In this document: positions 37,408-48,455 of the stretch, in pieces
Layout of the letters: each line of letters begins with the position of its first letter
Position numbering within the stretch: the first letter of the stretch is position 1
Origin: an uncultured Clostridia bacterium
GTDB taxonomy: Bacteria; Bacillota; Clostridia; Oscillospirales; Ruminococcaceae
Direction of reading: 5' to 3'
Assembly (NCBI GenBank): GCA_947089135.1
Contig: CAMUJF010000001.1
Coordinates: 10,362-74,361, forward strand
DNA: 64,000 nt
Made by a program: the position numbers and the translations under genes
The notes under the pieces: generated by a model
What the model was told of the DNA's origin: nothing
Database searches by the model: none
What the model saw: the letters and a program-made list of their open reading frames with translations, nothing else

Positions 37408-40400
37408 TTGGAATTCAACACCTTTGAATCTATAAAAATCGGTCTGGCGTCCCCCGAACAAATCAGAGCATGGTCCCACGGCGTTGTGGAAAGACCGGAG
37501 ACCATAAACTACAGAACTCAGAAGCCCGAACGCGACGGTCTTTTCTGCGAAAGGATATTCGGACCTACCAAGGACTGGGAATGTCACTGCGGAAAGTACA
37601 AGAAGATACGCTTCAAGGGCAAGATATGCGACCGCTGCGGCGTTGAGGTAACGCGTGCAAAGGTTCGCCGCGAGCGCATGGGTCATATTGAGCTTGCAGC
37701 TCCCGTGTCCCATATATGGTACTTCAAGGGTACTCCCTCCCGTATCGGTCAGGTAATCGAGGTCTCCCAGAAGCGTCTGGAGGAAGTTCTGTACTTCACA
37801 AAGTATATCGTTATCGACTCCGGCAACACGGAGCTTGTCAAGAAGCAGCTCCTGACCGAAAAAGAATACGCGGATATGCGCGAAAAGTACGAGGACGATT
37901 TTGTCGCCGAAATGGGCGCGGAGGCTGTTAAGGAACTGCTTGACGAGTACAATCCCGACCGTTACGACAATTATATCATGAAGCATCTTGGCGAATTTTC
38001 CAAGGTGACGGGCATTGACGAGGACGATATCAGGGACTTTTTGGCAAAGCGTCTTTATGTGATAACCGACAACGCGGAAAACGAAAGCTTTGCCGTAGGC
38101 GACGTTATTTCCAGGACTAAATACACCGAAGAAGTTCTTTATATCAACCGCAAGAACGAGGAGGCAAGACGTCCTCAAATTACGGTTGAAACAGGCTCTC
38201 AGTATATCGAAAAGCGATTCTTTGAGAATATCGAAGCTGCCAACGCGAACGGCGAGTACAACGAAATTGCCGATAAGGAAAACTGGGTAAACAACCTTGT
38301 GTGGGCCTCCGACGAGCTTAAAGCAGAGCTTTCGGAGCTTCCTCCGGGTCAGAAGAAGATCAAGCTGCTGAAAAGGCTTGAGATCATAGAGTCTTTCCGC
38401 CTTTCGGGAAACAAGCCCGAATGGATGATACTGGACGTTGTTCCCGTTATTCCTCCCGATATCAGACCTATGGTTATGTTGGACGGCGGCAGATACGCCA
38501 CCTCCGACCTTAACGACCTTTACAGACGCGTTATCAACAGAAACAACCGTCTCAAAAAGATGCTGGAACTTGAAGCTCCCGACATCATCATAAGAAACGA
38601 AAAGAGAATGCTCCAGGAGGCCGTTGACGCTCTTATCGACAACGGCAGACACGGCAGACCAGTTACGGGTCCCAACAACCGCGCCCTGAAATCCCTTTCC
38701 GATATGCTTAAAGGTAAGCAGGGACGTTTCCGTCAGAACCTGCTTGGTAAGCGTGTCGACTATTCGGGACGTTCCGTTATCGTTGTAGGTCCTGAGCTGA
38801 AAATGTTCCAGTGCGGACTTCCTAAGGAAATGGCTCTGGAGTTGTTCAAGCCTTTTGTTATGAAGCGCCTTGTGGACACAGGCAAGGCTACCAATATCAA
38901 GTCCGCCCGCAAAAAGGTGGACAGAGCCGAGAACGACGTTTGGGACGCACTGGAAAATGTTATCAAGGATCACCCCGTGTTCCTGAACCGTGCTCCTACG
39001 CTGCACAGACTGGGTATTCAGGCATTCGAGCCTATACTTGTAGAGGGTCGTGCCATTAAGCTCCACCCGCTGGTTTGTACCGCGTTCAACGCCGACTTCG
39101 ACGGAGACCAGATGGCTGTCCATCTGCCTCTTTCCGCGGAGGCTCAGGCGGAGGCAAGATTCCTTATGCTTGCGGCGAACAACCTGCTTAAACCCTCCGA
39201 CGGACGTCCCGTGGCTGTTCCGTCTCAGGATATGGTTCTGGGTTCTTACTACCTGACAATGAAAAAGGACGAAAAGGACGAGAACGGCAACTATCTTGAA
39301 AAGGGCGGCGGAAAGGTGTTCCGCGATGTGAACGAGGCTCTTATGGCTTACAGCAGCGGAGCGGTGTCCATTCACGCTCCTATCAAGGTGAGAGTTTCAA
39401 AGGACATCGGCGGCAGAACCGTTTCCAAGCTGATAGACTGCACAGTGGGCAGAATAATCTTCAACGAGAATATTCCTCAGAATTTGGGTTATGTTGACAG
39501 AACAAGCTCCGACAGGCAGTTCGATCTTGAAGTTGACTTCCTTGTTAAAAAGGGTCAGCTTTCCGATATCATTGAAAGATGTATCCGTATCCACGGTACA
39601 ACGACTACCTCCGAGGTTCTTGACAGAGTAAAGGCTTTGGGCTTCAAGTTCTCCACAAGAGCGGCTATCACCGTTGCGGTATGCGACGCGGAGATACCGG
39701 AAGCTAAAAAGGATATCCTTGCGGAAGCCGACGCTAAAGTCGAGAAAATCAACAAGCTCTATAAGCGCGGCTTCATTTCCGCCGCGGAGAAATCAAAACG
39801 CTTTATCGAAATATGGAACGCCGCCACCGACGACGTTACCACAGCTCTTAAAAACGGTCTTGATAAATACAATCCTATCTTTATGATGTCCGACTCCGGT
39901 GCGAGAGGTTCTATCAACCAGATGCGTCAGCTTGCGGGTATGCGCGGACTTATCGCCAACACTTCGGGCTCTACTATCGAGATGCCTATTCGTGCTAATT
40001 ACCGTGAGGGTCTTAACATTCTGGAGTACTTCATTTCGTCCCGAGGTGCGAGAAAGGGACTTGCCGATACCGCCCTGCGTACCGCCGACTCCGGTTACCT
40101 TACAAGACGTCTTGTTGACGTTTCCCAGGAGGTAATTATCCGCGAGGAGGACTGCGGCACAGACGAGGGTATTGAGATCTACACTATCAGAAACGGCAAC
40201 GAGATGATCGAGCCTCTTAAGGAAAGACTTCTCGGACGTTACCTTATGGAAGATCTCCGCGATCCCGAAACGGGCGACCTTATCATGAGCCATAACAAGC
40301 TCATGAACGAGGCGGACGCTCAGAAAGTCGTTGACAGCGGCGTGGAAAGAATCACTATCCGTTCCGTACTCAACTGTAAAGCTAAGCACGGCGTATGCGC

Positions 40401-41328
40401 AAAGTGCTACGGCTCCAACCTTGCCAACGGAAATCTTGTTGCAGTGGGTGAAGCTGTCGGCGTAATTGCCGCTCAGTCTATCGGCGAGCCCGGTACCCAG
40501 CTTACTATGAGAACGTTCCATACAGGCGGTATCGCTTCTGCGGAGGATATCACGCAGGGTCTTCCCCGTGTTGAGGAACTGTTCGAGAGCAGACGTCCCA
40601 AGAATGCTGCAATTATTTCCAGAATTGCGGGAACAGTCCGCATGGAGGAAATAAAGAAGATACGCAACGTTATAATTACCGATCCCGAAACAGGTACGGA
40701 TGAGTACTATCCCGTTCCTTACGGCTATAAGATAAGAGTCCGCGAGGGCGATACCGTTGAGGCGGGTACGCCGCTTACCGAGGGCTCTATCAATCCGGGC
40801 GACATTCTTGCGGTAAACGGTCAGCAGGCTGTTCAGAACTATATCATCACCGAAGTTCAGAAGGTTTACCGTTTACAGGGTGTTGACATCAACGATAAGC
40901 ACATTGAGGTAATCGTACGCCAGATGCTGCGCAAGGTCAAGGTGGACGACAGCGGTTCAAGCTATCTGCTTCCCGGTTCGCTTATCGACAAAAAGGATAT
41001 CGACGAGATCAATTCGGAGATCAAGCGCAGAATGGACAGCGGCGAAGAGGGACTCAGCTTTGCAACGACGATCCCTGTTCTTCAGGGTATCACAAAGGCG
41101 TCCTCTAATTCGGACAGCTTCCTGTCGGCGGCTTCGTTCCAGGAAACTACACGTGCTCTTACAGACGCTGCTATCAAGGGCAAGAGCGACTACCTGCAGG
41201 GTCTTAAAGAAAACGTTATTATCGGTAAGCTTATACCTGCCGGTACGGGTATGGACGTTTACAACAATATTCAGATCGTCAAGAACGAAAGCTCTCAGGA
41301 GCATATGCCCGCTCCCACGACTCTGTAA
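37408..41328 (+). CDS. rpoC: DNA-directed RNA polymerase subunit beta-prime
   Basis: 1306 aa with a TTG start 9 nt after AAAGGAG. It has the catalytic NADFDGDQM and a zinc finger CHCGKY..CDRCG. Confidence 0.99.
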   Translation: MEFNTFESIKIGLASPEQIRAWSHGVVERPETINYRTQKPERDGLFCERIFGPTKDWECHCGKYKKIRFKGKICDRCGVEVTRAKVRRERMGHIELAAPVSHIWYFKGTPSRIGQVIEVSQKRLEEVLYFTKYIVIDSGNTELVKKQLLTEKEYADMREKYEDDFVAEMGAEAVKELLDEYNPDRYDNYIMKHLGEFSKVTGIDEDDIRDFLAKRLYVITDNAENESFAVGDVISRTKYTEEVLYINRKNEEARRPQITVETGSQYIEKRFFENIEAANANGEYNEIADKENWVNNLVWASDELKAELSELPPGQKKIKLLKRLEIIESFRLSGNKPEWMILDVVPVIPPDIRPMVMLDGGRYATSDLNDLYRRVINRNNRLKKMLELEAPDIIIRNEKRMLQEAVDALIDNGRHGRPVTGPNNRALKSLSDMLKGKQGRFRQNLLGKRVDYSGRSVIVVGPELKMFQCGLPKEMALELFKPFVMKRLVDTGKATNIKSARKKVDRAENDVWDALENVIKDHPVFLNRAPTLHRLGIQAFEPILVEGRAIKLHPLVCTAFNADFDGDQMAVHLPLSAEAQAEARFLMLAANNLLKPSDGRPVAVPSQDMVLGSYYLTMKKDEKDENGNYLEKGGGKVFRDVNEALMAYSSGAVSIHAPIKVRVSKDIGGRTVSKLIDCTVGRIIFNENIPQNLGYVDRTSSDRQFDLEVDFLVKKGQLSDIIERCIRIHGTTTTSEVLDRVKALGFKFSTRAAITVAVCDAEIPEAKKDILAEADAKVEKINKLYKRGFISAAEKSKRFIEIWNAATDDVTTALKNGLDKYNPIFMMSDSGARGSINQMRQLAGMRGLIANTSGSTIEMPIRANYREGLNILEYFISSRGARKGLADTALRTADSGYLTRRLVDVSQEVIIREEDCGTDEGIEIYTIRNGNEMIEPLKERLLGRYLMEDLRDPETGDLIMSHNKLMNEADAQKVVDSGVERITIRSVLNCKAKHGVCAKCYGSNLANGNLVAVGEAVGVIAAQSIGEPGTQLTMRTFHTGGIASAEDITQGLPRVEELFESRRPKNAAIISRIAGTVRMEEIKKIRNVIITDPETGTDEYYPVPYGYKIRVREGDTVEAGTPLTEGSINPGDILAVNGQQAVQNYIITEVQKVYRLQGVDINDKHIEVIVRQMLRKVKVDDSGSSYLLPGSLIDKKDIDEINSEIKRRMDSGEEGLSFATTIPVLQGITKASSNSDSFLSAASFQETTRALTDAAIKGKSDYLQGLKENVIIGKLIPAGTGMDVYNNIQIVKNESSQEHMPAPTTL

Positions 41329-41348
41329 TTGACCGACAGACAGAAAAT

Positions 41349-41399
41349 AAAAGCTCCGCGGGATTCTGCCGAAAGGCAGGGATTTCGCGGAGCTTTTTG
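41349..41399 (+). terminator. Rho-independent terminator after rpoC
   Basis: AAAAGCTCCGCG...CGCGGAGCTTTTT with an inner CTGCC-gaaa-GGCAG stem. Confidence 0.85.
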
Positions 41400-41433
41400 A
41401 AATTACCTATGAAAGTATGAAAGGCTGATAAAA

Positions 41434-42207
41434 ATGCTTGAATATATTGATTCCCACGCTCACTACGATGCGGAGCAGTTCGATCCCGACAGGGAAGAGC
41501 TGCTGAACCGTTTGCATGAGGGCGGCGTGCGGAATATCATTAATATGGGCTGCAACCTTGAACGCTCGCGGCTCTCGGTGGAGTATGCCGAAAAGTATCC
41601 GTTCATGTATGCCGCCGTGGGTATTCACCCGGAGGACGTTGAGGGTACTCCTGATGATTACCTCAACACTCTGAAAAAATGGGCGATAATGCCTAAAACC
41701 GTTGCTGTAGGAGAGATCGGTCTGGATTACCATTACGACGGCTATGATCCCGATCTGCAAAAACGTATTTTCAGGGAACAGCTTGATCTGGCGGAAAAGC
41801 TTTCGCTGCCCGTGGTTATCCACTCCCGCGACGCGACGGAGGACACCATGTCTGTCCTGAGAGAGCGGGGAACTGTCAACGGCGTAATGCACTGCTTTTC
41901 GGGCTCCGCCGAGACGGCAAAGCAGGTGCTTGCTCTGGGAATGAATATCAGCTTCACAGGAGTCCTGACATTTAAAAACGCCCGTAAAGCCATTGAAGCG
42001 CTGGAGGTTGTCCCTATGGACAGGCTCATGCTGGAAACGGATTGTCCCTATATGGCACCCGAACCCAACCGCGGCAAACGCTGCGACAGCGGAATGATAG
42101 TTCATATCATTGAAAAGATCGCGGAGGTCAAGGGAGTCTCTCCAGAGCTTGTTGCAAGGCAGACAACCGAAAACACCCTGAAGCTTTTCTGGAAAATGGG
42201 CGGTTGA
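41434..42207 (+). CDS. tatD: TatD family metal-dependent DNase/hydrolase
   Basis: 257 aa with an N-terminal DSHAHYD metal-binding motif and the TatD pattern. Confidence 0.88.
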   Translation: MLEYIDSHAHYDAEQFDPDREELLNRLHEGGVRNIINMGCNLERSRLSVEYAEKYPFMYAAVGIHPEDVEGTPDDYLNTLKKWAIMPKTVAVGEIGLDYHYDGYDPDLQKRIFREQLDLAEKLSLPVVIHSRDATEDTMSVLRERGTVNGVMHCFSGSAETAKQVLALGMNISFTGVLTFKNARKAIEALEVVPMDRLMLETDCPYMAPEPNRGKRCDSGMIVHIIEKIAEVKGVSPELVARQTTENTLKLFWKMGG

Positions 42208-42222
42208 TACCAAAAATAAAAG

Positions 42223-42264
42223 AAAAGTACCTGCGGTATCCAATATACCACAGGTACTTTTTTA
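42223..42264. terminator. bidirectional terminator between tatD and glgP
   Basis: AAAAGTACCTGCGGTAT-ccaat-ATACCACAGGTACTTTT. Confidence 0.85.
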
Positions 42265-42276
42265 TGATCGTTAAAT

Positions 42277-44673
42277 TTATTTAAGCTTCCAAATATCCCG
42301 CGCGTAGTCCTCGATAGCTCTGTCGGCGGAGAAAATTCCCGCTCCCGCAATATTGTGGAGGGACATTCTGTTCCACTTTGCAGGGTCTTTATAGCACTCG
42401 GAAACATACTGCTGCGCGCACTGATATGCGTCGAAATCCGCAAGAACCATATAGGGATCCTTAAATTTCAGAGAATTTGCGACCTCTTCAAAGGTGCAGC
42501 CGTTTATGCCGTGGTACATCTTGTTTATAGCCTTGTCGATAACGTCGTTGTTTTTGCAGTACTCCTCGGGACGGTATCCCTGAGCCTGCTTAGCAAGCAC
42601 CTCGTCGGCTGTCATGCCGAAAATGAAGATATTGTCGATACCTACCTGATCCTTGATCTCAATGTTTGCTCCGTCAAGAGTACCCAGCGTAAGCGCGCCG
42701 TTGAGCATGAGCTTCATGTTGCCCGTACCCGAAGCCTCCTTGCCCGCGAGGGATATCTGCTCCGACACCTCGGAAGCCGGCATGAGCAGTTCGGAAAGGG
42801 ATACGCGGTAGTCCTCAAGGAAGAACACCTGAAGCTGCTTGCTGATCTTGGGGTGCTTTTTGATCTCCTCGCCCAAAGCCCAGATCATCTTGATTATCTG
42901 CTTTGCAAGATAGTAGCCGGGAGCAGCCTTTGCCGCAAAGATGTAGGTCTTGGGAACAAAATCCGCGTCGGGGTTTTCCAGCAGACGGTTGTATTCCGCA
43001 AGGATATTGAGCACATTAAGGTGCTGTCTCTTGTACTCGTGGAGACGCTTTACCTGAACGTCAAAAATAGCGTCGGTGTTGAGAACGGTACCGAAATTGG
43101 TCTTTACGTACTTGGCGAAACGCTCCTTGTTTTCCTTTTTGATCTCGGCAAGACGCTTTATAACGTTCTCGTCATTTTCATATTTTGTGAAGTTGTAAAG
43201 CTCCGCGCCGCTCTTTTTGAAGCCGTCCCCGATAGTGCTTTCAAGCAGAGAGGTAAGTCCGGGGTTGGACTGGAGCAGCCATCTTCTGTAAGCGATACCG
43301 TTGGTAACGTTCTTGAACTTGTGGGGAGTGTCGGCGTACTCGTTCTTGAACACGTCCTTTTTGATGATGTCGGAATGAAGCTTTGAAACGCCGTTTACGC
43401 TGTGGGAAGCGCACACGCAGAGCAGAGCCATGTGTATCTGGTTGTTCTGGATAATGGACATTCTCGTTACCTTTGCGCTGTCGTCAAGACGCTCCATAAG
43501 CTCCGCGCAGTAACGGTTGTTTATCTCAACAATGATAGAGAATATACGGGGGATAACCTGCTTTACAAGGTTAACGTCCCACTTCTCCAGAGCTTCGGCA
43601 AGGACGGTGTGGTTCGTATAGGCAAAGGTATTTGTAACGATATGCCATGACTTGCCCCAGCTGTAGCCGCAGTCGTCCAGCAAAATTCTCATAAGCTCCG
43701 GTATAGCAAGGGTGGGGTGAGTGTCGTTGATATGGATAGCAACCTTTTCGTGGAGGTTATCCAGCGTGCCGTAAACCCGCATATGTCTGTCAACTATATC
43801 GCCCACGGAAGCGGCGCACATAAAGTACTGCTGACGGAGACGGAGGCTCTTGCCCTCAAGGTGGTTATCGTTGGGGTACAGCACCTTTGAGATGGCCTGA
43901 GCCACGGTGTTCTGGCTGAGAGCCTTTGCGTAGTCTCCCTGATTGAACATAGCCATATCAAAGGAGGGAGCTTTTGCCTGCCACAGTCTGAGAACGGATA
44001 CCGCCTCGTTGCCGTAGCCGGGAACGTACATATCGTAGGGTATAGCCTGAACGGTGTTGTAGTTTGTATAGGAAATGTGGTGGTACTTGTCGTCCCAGTA
44101 CTCGGTGAGGTCGCCCTCGAAGTGAACGTCGATGACGCGGTCGGACTTCTGAACCAGCCAGCTTTCGCCGCCGGGGAGCCAGTTGTCGGGAAGCTCTGTC
44201 TGCCAGCCGTCCTCGATCTTCTGCTTGAAGATGCCGTACTCATAACGGATAGAGTAACCCATAGCGGGATATCCGTCGGTGGCAAGACCGTCCAAATAGC
44301 AGGCGGCAAGTCTGCCCAAACCGCCGTTTCCGAGTCCTGCGTCAGGCTCGTACTCGTAGATACGGTCAAGGTTGATATCCCATTTCTTGAAGATATCCTC
44401 AACCATGCCGTTGATATTGAGGTTGAAAAGGCTTGTTTTCAGGGAACGTCCCATAAGGAACTCCATAGAAAGGTAGTATACCTCTTTTTTGCCCGCGGAA
44501 TGGGTCTTTGCACGGAACTTGCGCCGTCTTTCGCGGAGCATCTCGACCACTACCGCTGAAAGGGACTTATAGATCTGCATATCCGAAGCGTCCACGGGAG
44601 TAACGCCGTACTCGGTCTGGAGCACCTTTCGGAGTCTTTCTTCAAATTCGTCTTTAGATATAACAGGGATCAT
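42277..44673 (-). CDS. glgP: Glycogen/starch/alpha-glucan phosphorylase
   Basis: 798 aa with the PLP-lysine region EASGTGNMKLMLNGALTLGTLDGANIE. Confidence 0.96.
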   Translation of the reverse strand: MIPVISKDEFEERLRKVLQTEYGVTPVDASDMQIYKSLSAVVVEMLRERRRKFRAKTHSAGKKEVYYLSMEFLMGRSLKTSLFNLNINGMVEDIFKKWDINLDRIYEYEPDAGLGNGGLGRLAACYLDGLATDGYPAMGYSIRYEYGIFKQKIEDGWQTELPDNWLPGGESWLVQKSDRVIDVHFEGDLTEYWDDKYHHISYTNYNTVQAIPYDMYVPGYGNEAVSVLRLWQAKAPSFDMAMFNQGDYAKALSQNTVAQAISKVLYPNDNHLEGKSLRLRQQYFMCAASVGDIVDRHMRVYGTLDNLHEKVAIHINDTHPTLAIPELMRILLDDCGYSWGKSWHIVTNTFAYTNHTVLAEALEKWDVNLVKQVIPRIFSIIVEINNRYCAELMERLDDSAKVTRMSIIQNNQIHMALLCVCASHSVNGVSKLHSDIIKKDVFKNEYADTPHKFKNVTNGIAYRRWLLQSNPGLTSLLESTIGDGFKKSGAELYNFTKYENDENVIKRLAEIKKENKERFAKYVKTNFGTVLNTDAIFDVQVKRLHEYKRQHLNVLNILAEYNRLLENPDADFVPKTYIFAAKAAPGYYLAKQIIKMIWALGEEIKKHPKISKQLQVFFLEDYRVSLSELLMPASEVSEQISLAGKEASGTGNMKLMLNGALTLGTLDGANIEIKDQVGIDNIFIFGMTADEVLAKQAQGYRPEEYCKNNDVIDKAINKMYHGINGCTFEEVANSLKFKDPYMVLADFDAYQCAQQYVSECYKDPAKWNRMSLHNIAGAGIFSADRAIEDYARDIWKLK

Positions 44674-44905
44674 TTAAATCTTCTCCAATCTGTAAGTCTG
44701 TAGGGTATCAAATATCAAATGCAGCGTATTACGCAGACCTGCAATATGTAATGCACAACACACAATGCAGACATTATATCATTTATTATACAGCATTCTG
44801 CCGTTTAAAGCAATCGTAATAATAAACAAATTTAATCGTTTTCGTCATAATTTGCTGTAATTTTGCAACAAATTTTTGCTAAAATTTTATGCAATTTTAC
44901 GAAAA

Positions 44906-47647
44906 CTATGCAAAAATTTTATCAAGCTCTGCAATATCCGCCGTCGCTGCGGGTTTAAAGTTCTCCGAAGCGGCGTAACCGGCAAGGCTTTTCAGAAGCT
45001 GTTTGCAGGGGAGGGAACCGTCCGCAGAGGTTAAAACGGAAGAGCATACAAGAAGCTTTCCGCCGCCTGTTTTCACCTCGAAAACTGTTCCAAGATTATG
45101 ATTCCGCTCGCAGTTGTCAATGGTGCGGACAATGGGGTCAATATCGAGACCGTCCAGAATAACCGACCTTGAGCGGTTCACTATATCGTACCACTGGGCG
45201 GTGGAGTAGCTTTCCGAGGGAAACTCCGCAAGAGCGGGGTGAGCCTTGTCAACAAGCAGACCGAGAGTTCCCACAGGCACAGGCTTTTTCATGGACTCGG
45301 ATATGGAGCGGAACATGGGGTAGTTCCAGAAATCGGTGCAGTACGTACCCTCTATCGAGTTAGCATCGTTCAGTCCCGTCGGCATGAACAGAACGTTTCC
45401 GCCGTCCGCAAGAGCTGTTTTGGCGGCGTTCCAGTCTTTTGTTACGGTGACATTTTCCGAAATTTCCGCCCGAACCTCCGGATACACCCACAGTATGTAC
45501 TTGTTGCAGACGTCCTTGCAGTTTATGGTAAGAGTCACCTTTTCAGGTTCAGAGCAGTCCGGCATAATTATCTCTGCTGTACCTAAATCGAAAAGTCCGC
45601 CTTTAAAGCTGCCCTTTGCGGATACGGTATACTCGGCAAGAGTTTCTCCGCCTGCTGTAAGGCGCACCTCGGCAGTCGGGTCTGTATCGGGTTTTGCAGC
45701 GTACTGATAAAGCTTAACGGGCATGGAAGCCTTTTCTCCCGCTGCGAAAACAAATTTCGGCAGACAGCCTAAAATTACTCTGTCCGAGCAGAAGCTTCTC
45801 CACTCCACGGAGGTTATTACCCCCTTGCTTTCCATAAAGGCGTTGAGTACTCCCACAAGAGCGGTTCCCTGTCCCGAAAAGTCCTGAATATCCAGAAGCT
45901 GGAATCCCGAAAGTTCCCTTGAGCGCAGAGCCGTTTCTATCTCGTTTTTGTAGCATTCGGCGGCAAAGCGTCCCGAAGCGCGGAAAAACTTATCCGCAAG
46001 CTTACCCAGTCCCGCATTTTCCAGACGTTCGCGGAATATCTCCAGATTGTAAGGCTTCAGCACGCCTGTGTACTTCTGTATCTCGCCGTAGTCGGGGTAC
46101 ATGAAATACTGTCCCACCTCGTGGCTTACAACAGGTACTGCGGAAATAAATTCACCGCTGTCTCCTACGGAAACGGTCTTGACCCCGGTACCGTACTGTA
46201 TTTCGATAGTGCCTCCGCCGCCATGCTCGGTATTTACCGAGGCGGGACGGATATGTCCGTCATAGGTGTAATCAGAGTTCGGCGCGTCTGTCTGGATATG
46301 TCCCAAAGGCGCGTCGCACATGGCGTATGAACCGCGGAAAAGCCTTTCCTTTGAAAAGCGAACGCCCACAAAGAAATCGTCGTTGTCCAGCACGCAGGGC
46401 CAAAACTGAAAGTTGTTGGATCCCTGAGTATAGAGCGGACGGGGATCGTGCTTCTTGTAACCTCCCAGAATATCGTTAAGCCGCTCTTTGCTGCCCCAGA
46501 GCTCGTTTCCAAGGGACATTGCGAAGAACGAGGGGTGGTTTGCAAATTCGTCAAGGATACGGAAACCCTCGTCGATAAGGTACTGCTGACCCTCGGTTAT
46601 TTCGTCCTCGACAGTGCCCCAGAAAGGAAGTTCGGGTTCCATGTAGATGCCAAGCTCGTCGGCGGCGCGAAATGCAGCGTCGGGAGGACAGCAGGTATGA
46701 AAACGGTAGTGATTTATGCCATGCTCCTTTGCGGTCTTCATGACCGTGAGCCAGCCCTCGGTATCTGTGGGAGCCGCTCCCGTCAGGGGGAATATCATTC
46801 CGTCGTGCTTGCCACGCAGGAATATCTTCTCGCCGTTAAGCAGGAAATCCGTACCGCGGGTCTCAAATTTCCGCATACCGAAAGGAATATTCACGGTATC
46901 TCCGCCTGAAACTATTTTCATTGTATAGGTAACCGGGTTATGCTCACTCCAAAGCTCTGCGTTCGGCATTTCGTACACAAAGGTCGGGCTTTCGGAAGTA
47001 AGAACGACCTCTTTCGGCTTGAACCCGTTTACCTCGGCGGTCAGGGAGATGCTGTCCCCGCCTGTTATTGTACCGCTTACGGAGACAGTTCCCGCTGTAA
47101 CGTCGGGGGTAAGCCTTATATTTTCAAAGCGCAGGCGGCTTCTGAATTCGATAAATATTTCCCCGGTAATACCCAGCCAGTTTGTCTGGGTATCCTGAGA
47201 GGTCATATGTCCTCCCGGAACAGGGCAGGAAACGTTATCCACCGCGATTATTATTTCATTTTCACCGTTCTGCACGAGCTTTGTTATATTATAGCGGTGA
47301 GCAGTGCAAAGGCTGTTACAGGAGCCCGCTTTTTTTCCGTTTACCCATACGGACGAGGTGCGGGTGCGTTCCAGTGACAGAAAGACCTCACAGTTTTCAC
47401 AGTCAGGCTTTTGAGGCGAGACAGTGACCGTTCTGCGGTAAACTGCGTACCCCTCGAAGCGGTACGGATCGGTAAGAAAGCCGTCGCTGCGTTCTTTGGT
47501 AACAGGCGGCTTTTTCATCTGCTGGACTGTAGATGGAAGCGTTATCGTATCGGTAAAGCAAACGTCCGAAATATCGGGCATACCCTCCTCCTTTGAGCGG
47601 AGAGCAAAGTCCCATGACGATCCCGCAAGATTGATCTTTTCTACCAT
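44906..47647 (-). CDS. glycoside hydrolase family 2-like enzyme (beta-galactosidase/mannosidase class)
   Basis: The start is set to ATG 47647 (MVEKINLAGSSWDF) behind GAAAGGAA. It has a sugar-binding domain plus a TIM barrel with the acid/base region SLGNELWG. Confidence 0.65.
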   Translation of the reverse strand: MVEKINLAGSSWDFALRSKEEGMPDISDVCFTDTITLPSTVQQMKKPPVTKERSDGFLTDPYRFEGYAVYRRTVTVSPQKPDCENCEVFLSLERTRTSSVWVNGKKAGSCNSLCTAHRYNITKLVQNGENEIIIAVDNVSCPVPGGHMTSQDTQTNWLGITGEIFIEFRSRLRFENIRLTPDVTAGTVSVSGTITGGDSISLTAEVNGFKPKEVVLTSESPTFVYEMPNAELWSEHNPVTYTMKIVSGGDTVNIPFGMRKFETRGTDFLLNGEKIFLRGKHDGMIFPLTGAAPTDTEGWLTVMKTAKEHGINHYRFHTCCPPDAAFRAADELGIYMEPELPFWGTVEDEITEGQQYLIDEGFRILDEFANHPSFFAMSLGNELWGSKERLNDILGGYKKHDPRPLYTQGSNNFQFWPCVLDNDDFFVGVRFSKERLFRGSYAMCDAPLGHIQTDAPNSDYTYDGHIRPASVNTEHGGGGTIEIQYGTGVKTVSVGDSGEFISAVPVVSHEVGQYFMYPDYGEIQKYTGVLKPYNLEIFRERLENAGLGKLADKFFRASGRFAAECYKNEIETALRSRELSGFQLLDIQDFSGQGTALVGVLNAFMESKGVITSVEWRSFCSDRVILGCLPKFVFAAGEKASMPVKLYQYAAKPDTDPTAEVRLTAGGETLAEYTVSAKGSFKGGLFDLGTAEIIMPDCSEPEKVTLTINCKDVCNKYILWVYPEVRAEISENVTVTKDWNAAKTALADGGNVLFMPTGLNDANSIEGTYCTDFWNYPMFRSISESMKKPVPVGTLGLLVDKAHPALAEFPSESYSTAQWYDIVNRSRSVILDGLDIDPIVRTIDNCERNHNLGTVFEVKTGGGKLLVCSSVLTSADGSLPCKQLLKSLAGYAASENFKPAATADIAELDKIFA

Positions 47648-47816
47648 AATGCTGCATTCCTTTCTGCAAATAATTATACATATAAGAGCAGTACTGTTAT
47701 GAAACATTATAGCACATATTTCACGAGATTACAACCAAATATTTCTAAAGGTAAAAATCAATTTTATGTGAATTTTTGCGGACGATCTTTTCTGTTATTA
47801 AATCGGGAACAATTCG

Positions 47817-48077
47817 CTAAAACACGCATACGGCAAGAAAGATCACCAGCAGTATAAGCACAAGTATAATCGAGGCTGCCGCAAGCTTGAACACGAGCGG
47901 TATTTCCCGCCGCCTTCCCACGGGAACTATTTTTCCCAGATACATCCGAGCCTCTTCTCCCAGCCGTTCTGCCGGAACGTCGCTTTTGTCGGATTTAACG
48001 TAAAGAACTGCTTTTTCAAAATACTCGTGATCGGTGCTCGTTATTTCGACCACCCTTTTATTTACTCCCTTTATCAT
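47817..48077 (-). CDS. small membrane-anchored hypothetical protein (86 aa, C-terminal TM helix)
   Basis: RBS AAAGGAAAGG. The soluble N-terminal part of about 55 aa is followed by LVFKLAAASIILVLILLVIFLAVCVF. No homology was recognised. Confidence 0.6.
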   Translation of the reverse strand: MIKGVNKRVVEITSTDHEYFEKAVLYVKSDKSDVPAERLGEEARMYLGKIVPVGRRREIPLVFKLAAASIILVLILLVIFLAVCVF

Positions 48078-48184
48078 AAAGGAAAACCTTTCCTTTCACA
48101 GTGTTTTTAACCGATTTTCAACGTTGATATTTCTTTTAGTATAGGCAGCTTCGGGACTTTTTATACCAAATGTAATAGCATTAT

Positions 48185-48298
48185 GGTGGAAAACTATGTT
48201 AAAATCCCGGATTTTTTTAAAATTATGTGGAAAACTCGGTGGAAAAGGTGTAAAAATCAGGCGGTTAAACGTTTTTTACTATGCAGATGTGTGGAAAA
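48185..48298 (+). promoter_or_regulatory. cluster of same-orientation DnaA-box-like sites
   Basis: GGTGGAAAA (48185), TGTGGAAAA (48226), GGTGGAAAA (48238), GGTGTAAAA (48247) and TGTGGAAAA (48290). TGTGGAAAAC(T) is identical to the oriC box at 3678. Confidence 0.6.
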
Positions 48299-48419
48299 CT
48301 GCTTTACAGTCAGTATTATAGGCGCCAGTCTGATTTGCAGACCGATTTTTATACGCTAAATGGATACTGCGAGTACATGGAAATCAATTTTTACAGCCGC
48401 CGCTGTAAGTGTCAAATAA

Positions 48420-48455
48420 AAATACCGCACAAGACAGACTTGTGCGGCAGGCTCT
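48420..48455 (-). terminator. Rho-independent terminator about 155 nt downstream of mgsA
   Basis: On the minus strand: GCCGCACAAG-tctgt-CTTGTGCGG followed by TATTTTTATTT. Confidence 0.7.

Noticed and set aside
37402-39375. A very long antisense ORF (657 aa) lies opposite rpoC. Many others of 220-340 aa lie opposite rpoB, tatD, glgP, mrdA, mreB, comM, the M23 peptidase gene and others. Examples are 33476-34381, 35870-36757, 41407-42243, 42355-43386, 50295-51062 and 54902-55687.
   Set aside because: Every case I checked (rpoC, rpoB twice, tatD, glgP) is in the codon-aligned antisense frame. In that frame, stops arise only from sense codons TTA, CTA and TCA, which this genome evidently avoids. 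The translated products are low-complexity and Arg/Leu/Val-rich, have no RBS and overlap well-supported conserved genes. They are a codon-usage artefact, not overlapping genes.
48201-48215. The palindrome AAAATCC-C-GGATTTT inside the DnaA-box cluster was considered as a Noc-binding site for the adjacent-locus Noc-like protein.
   Set aside because: The B. subtilis NBS consensus is ATTTCCCGGGAAAT. The arms here differ (AAAATCC versus ATTTCCC), so the resemblance is superficial.
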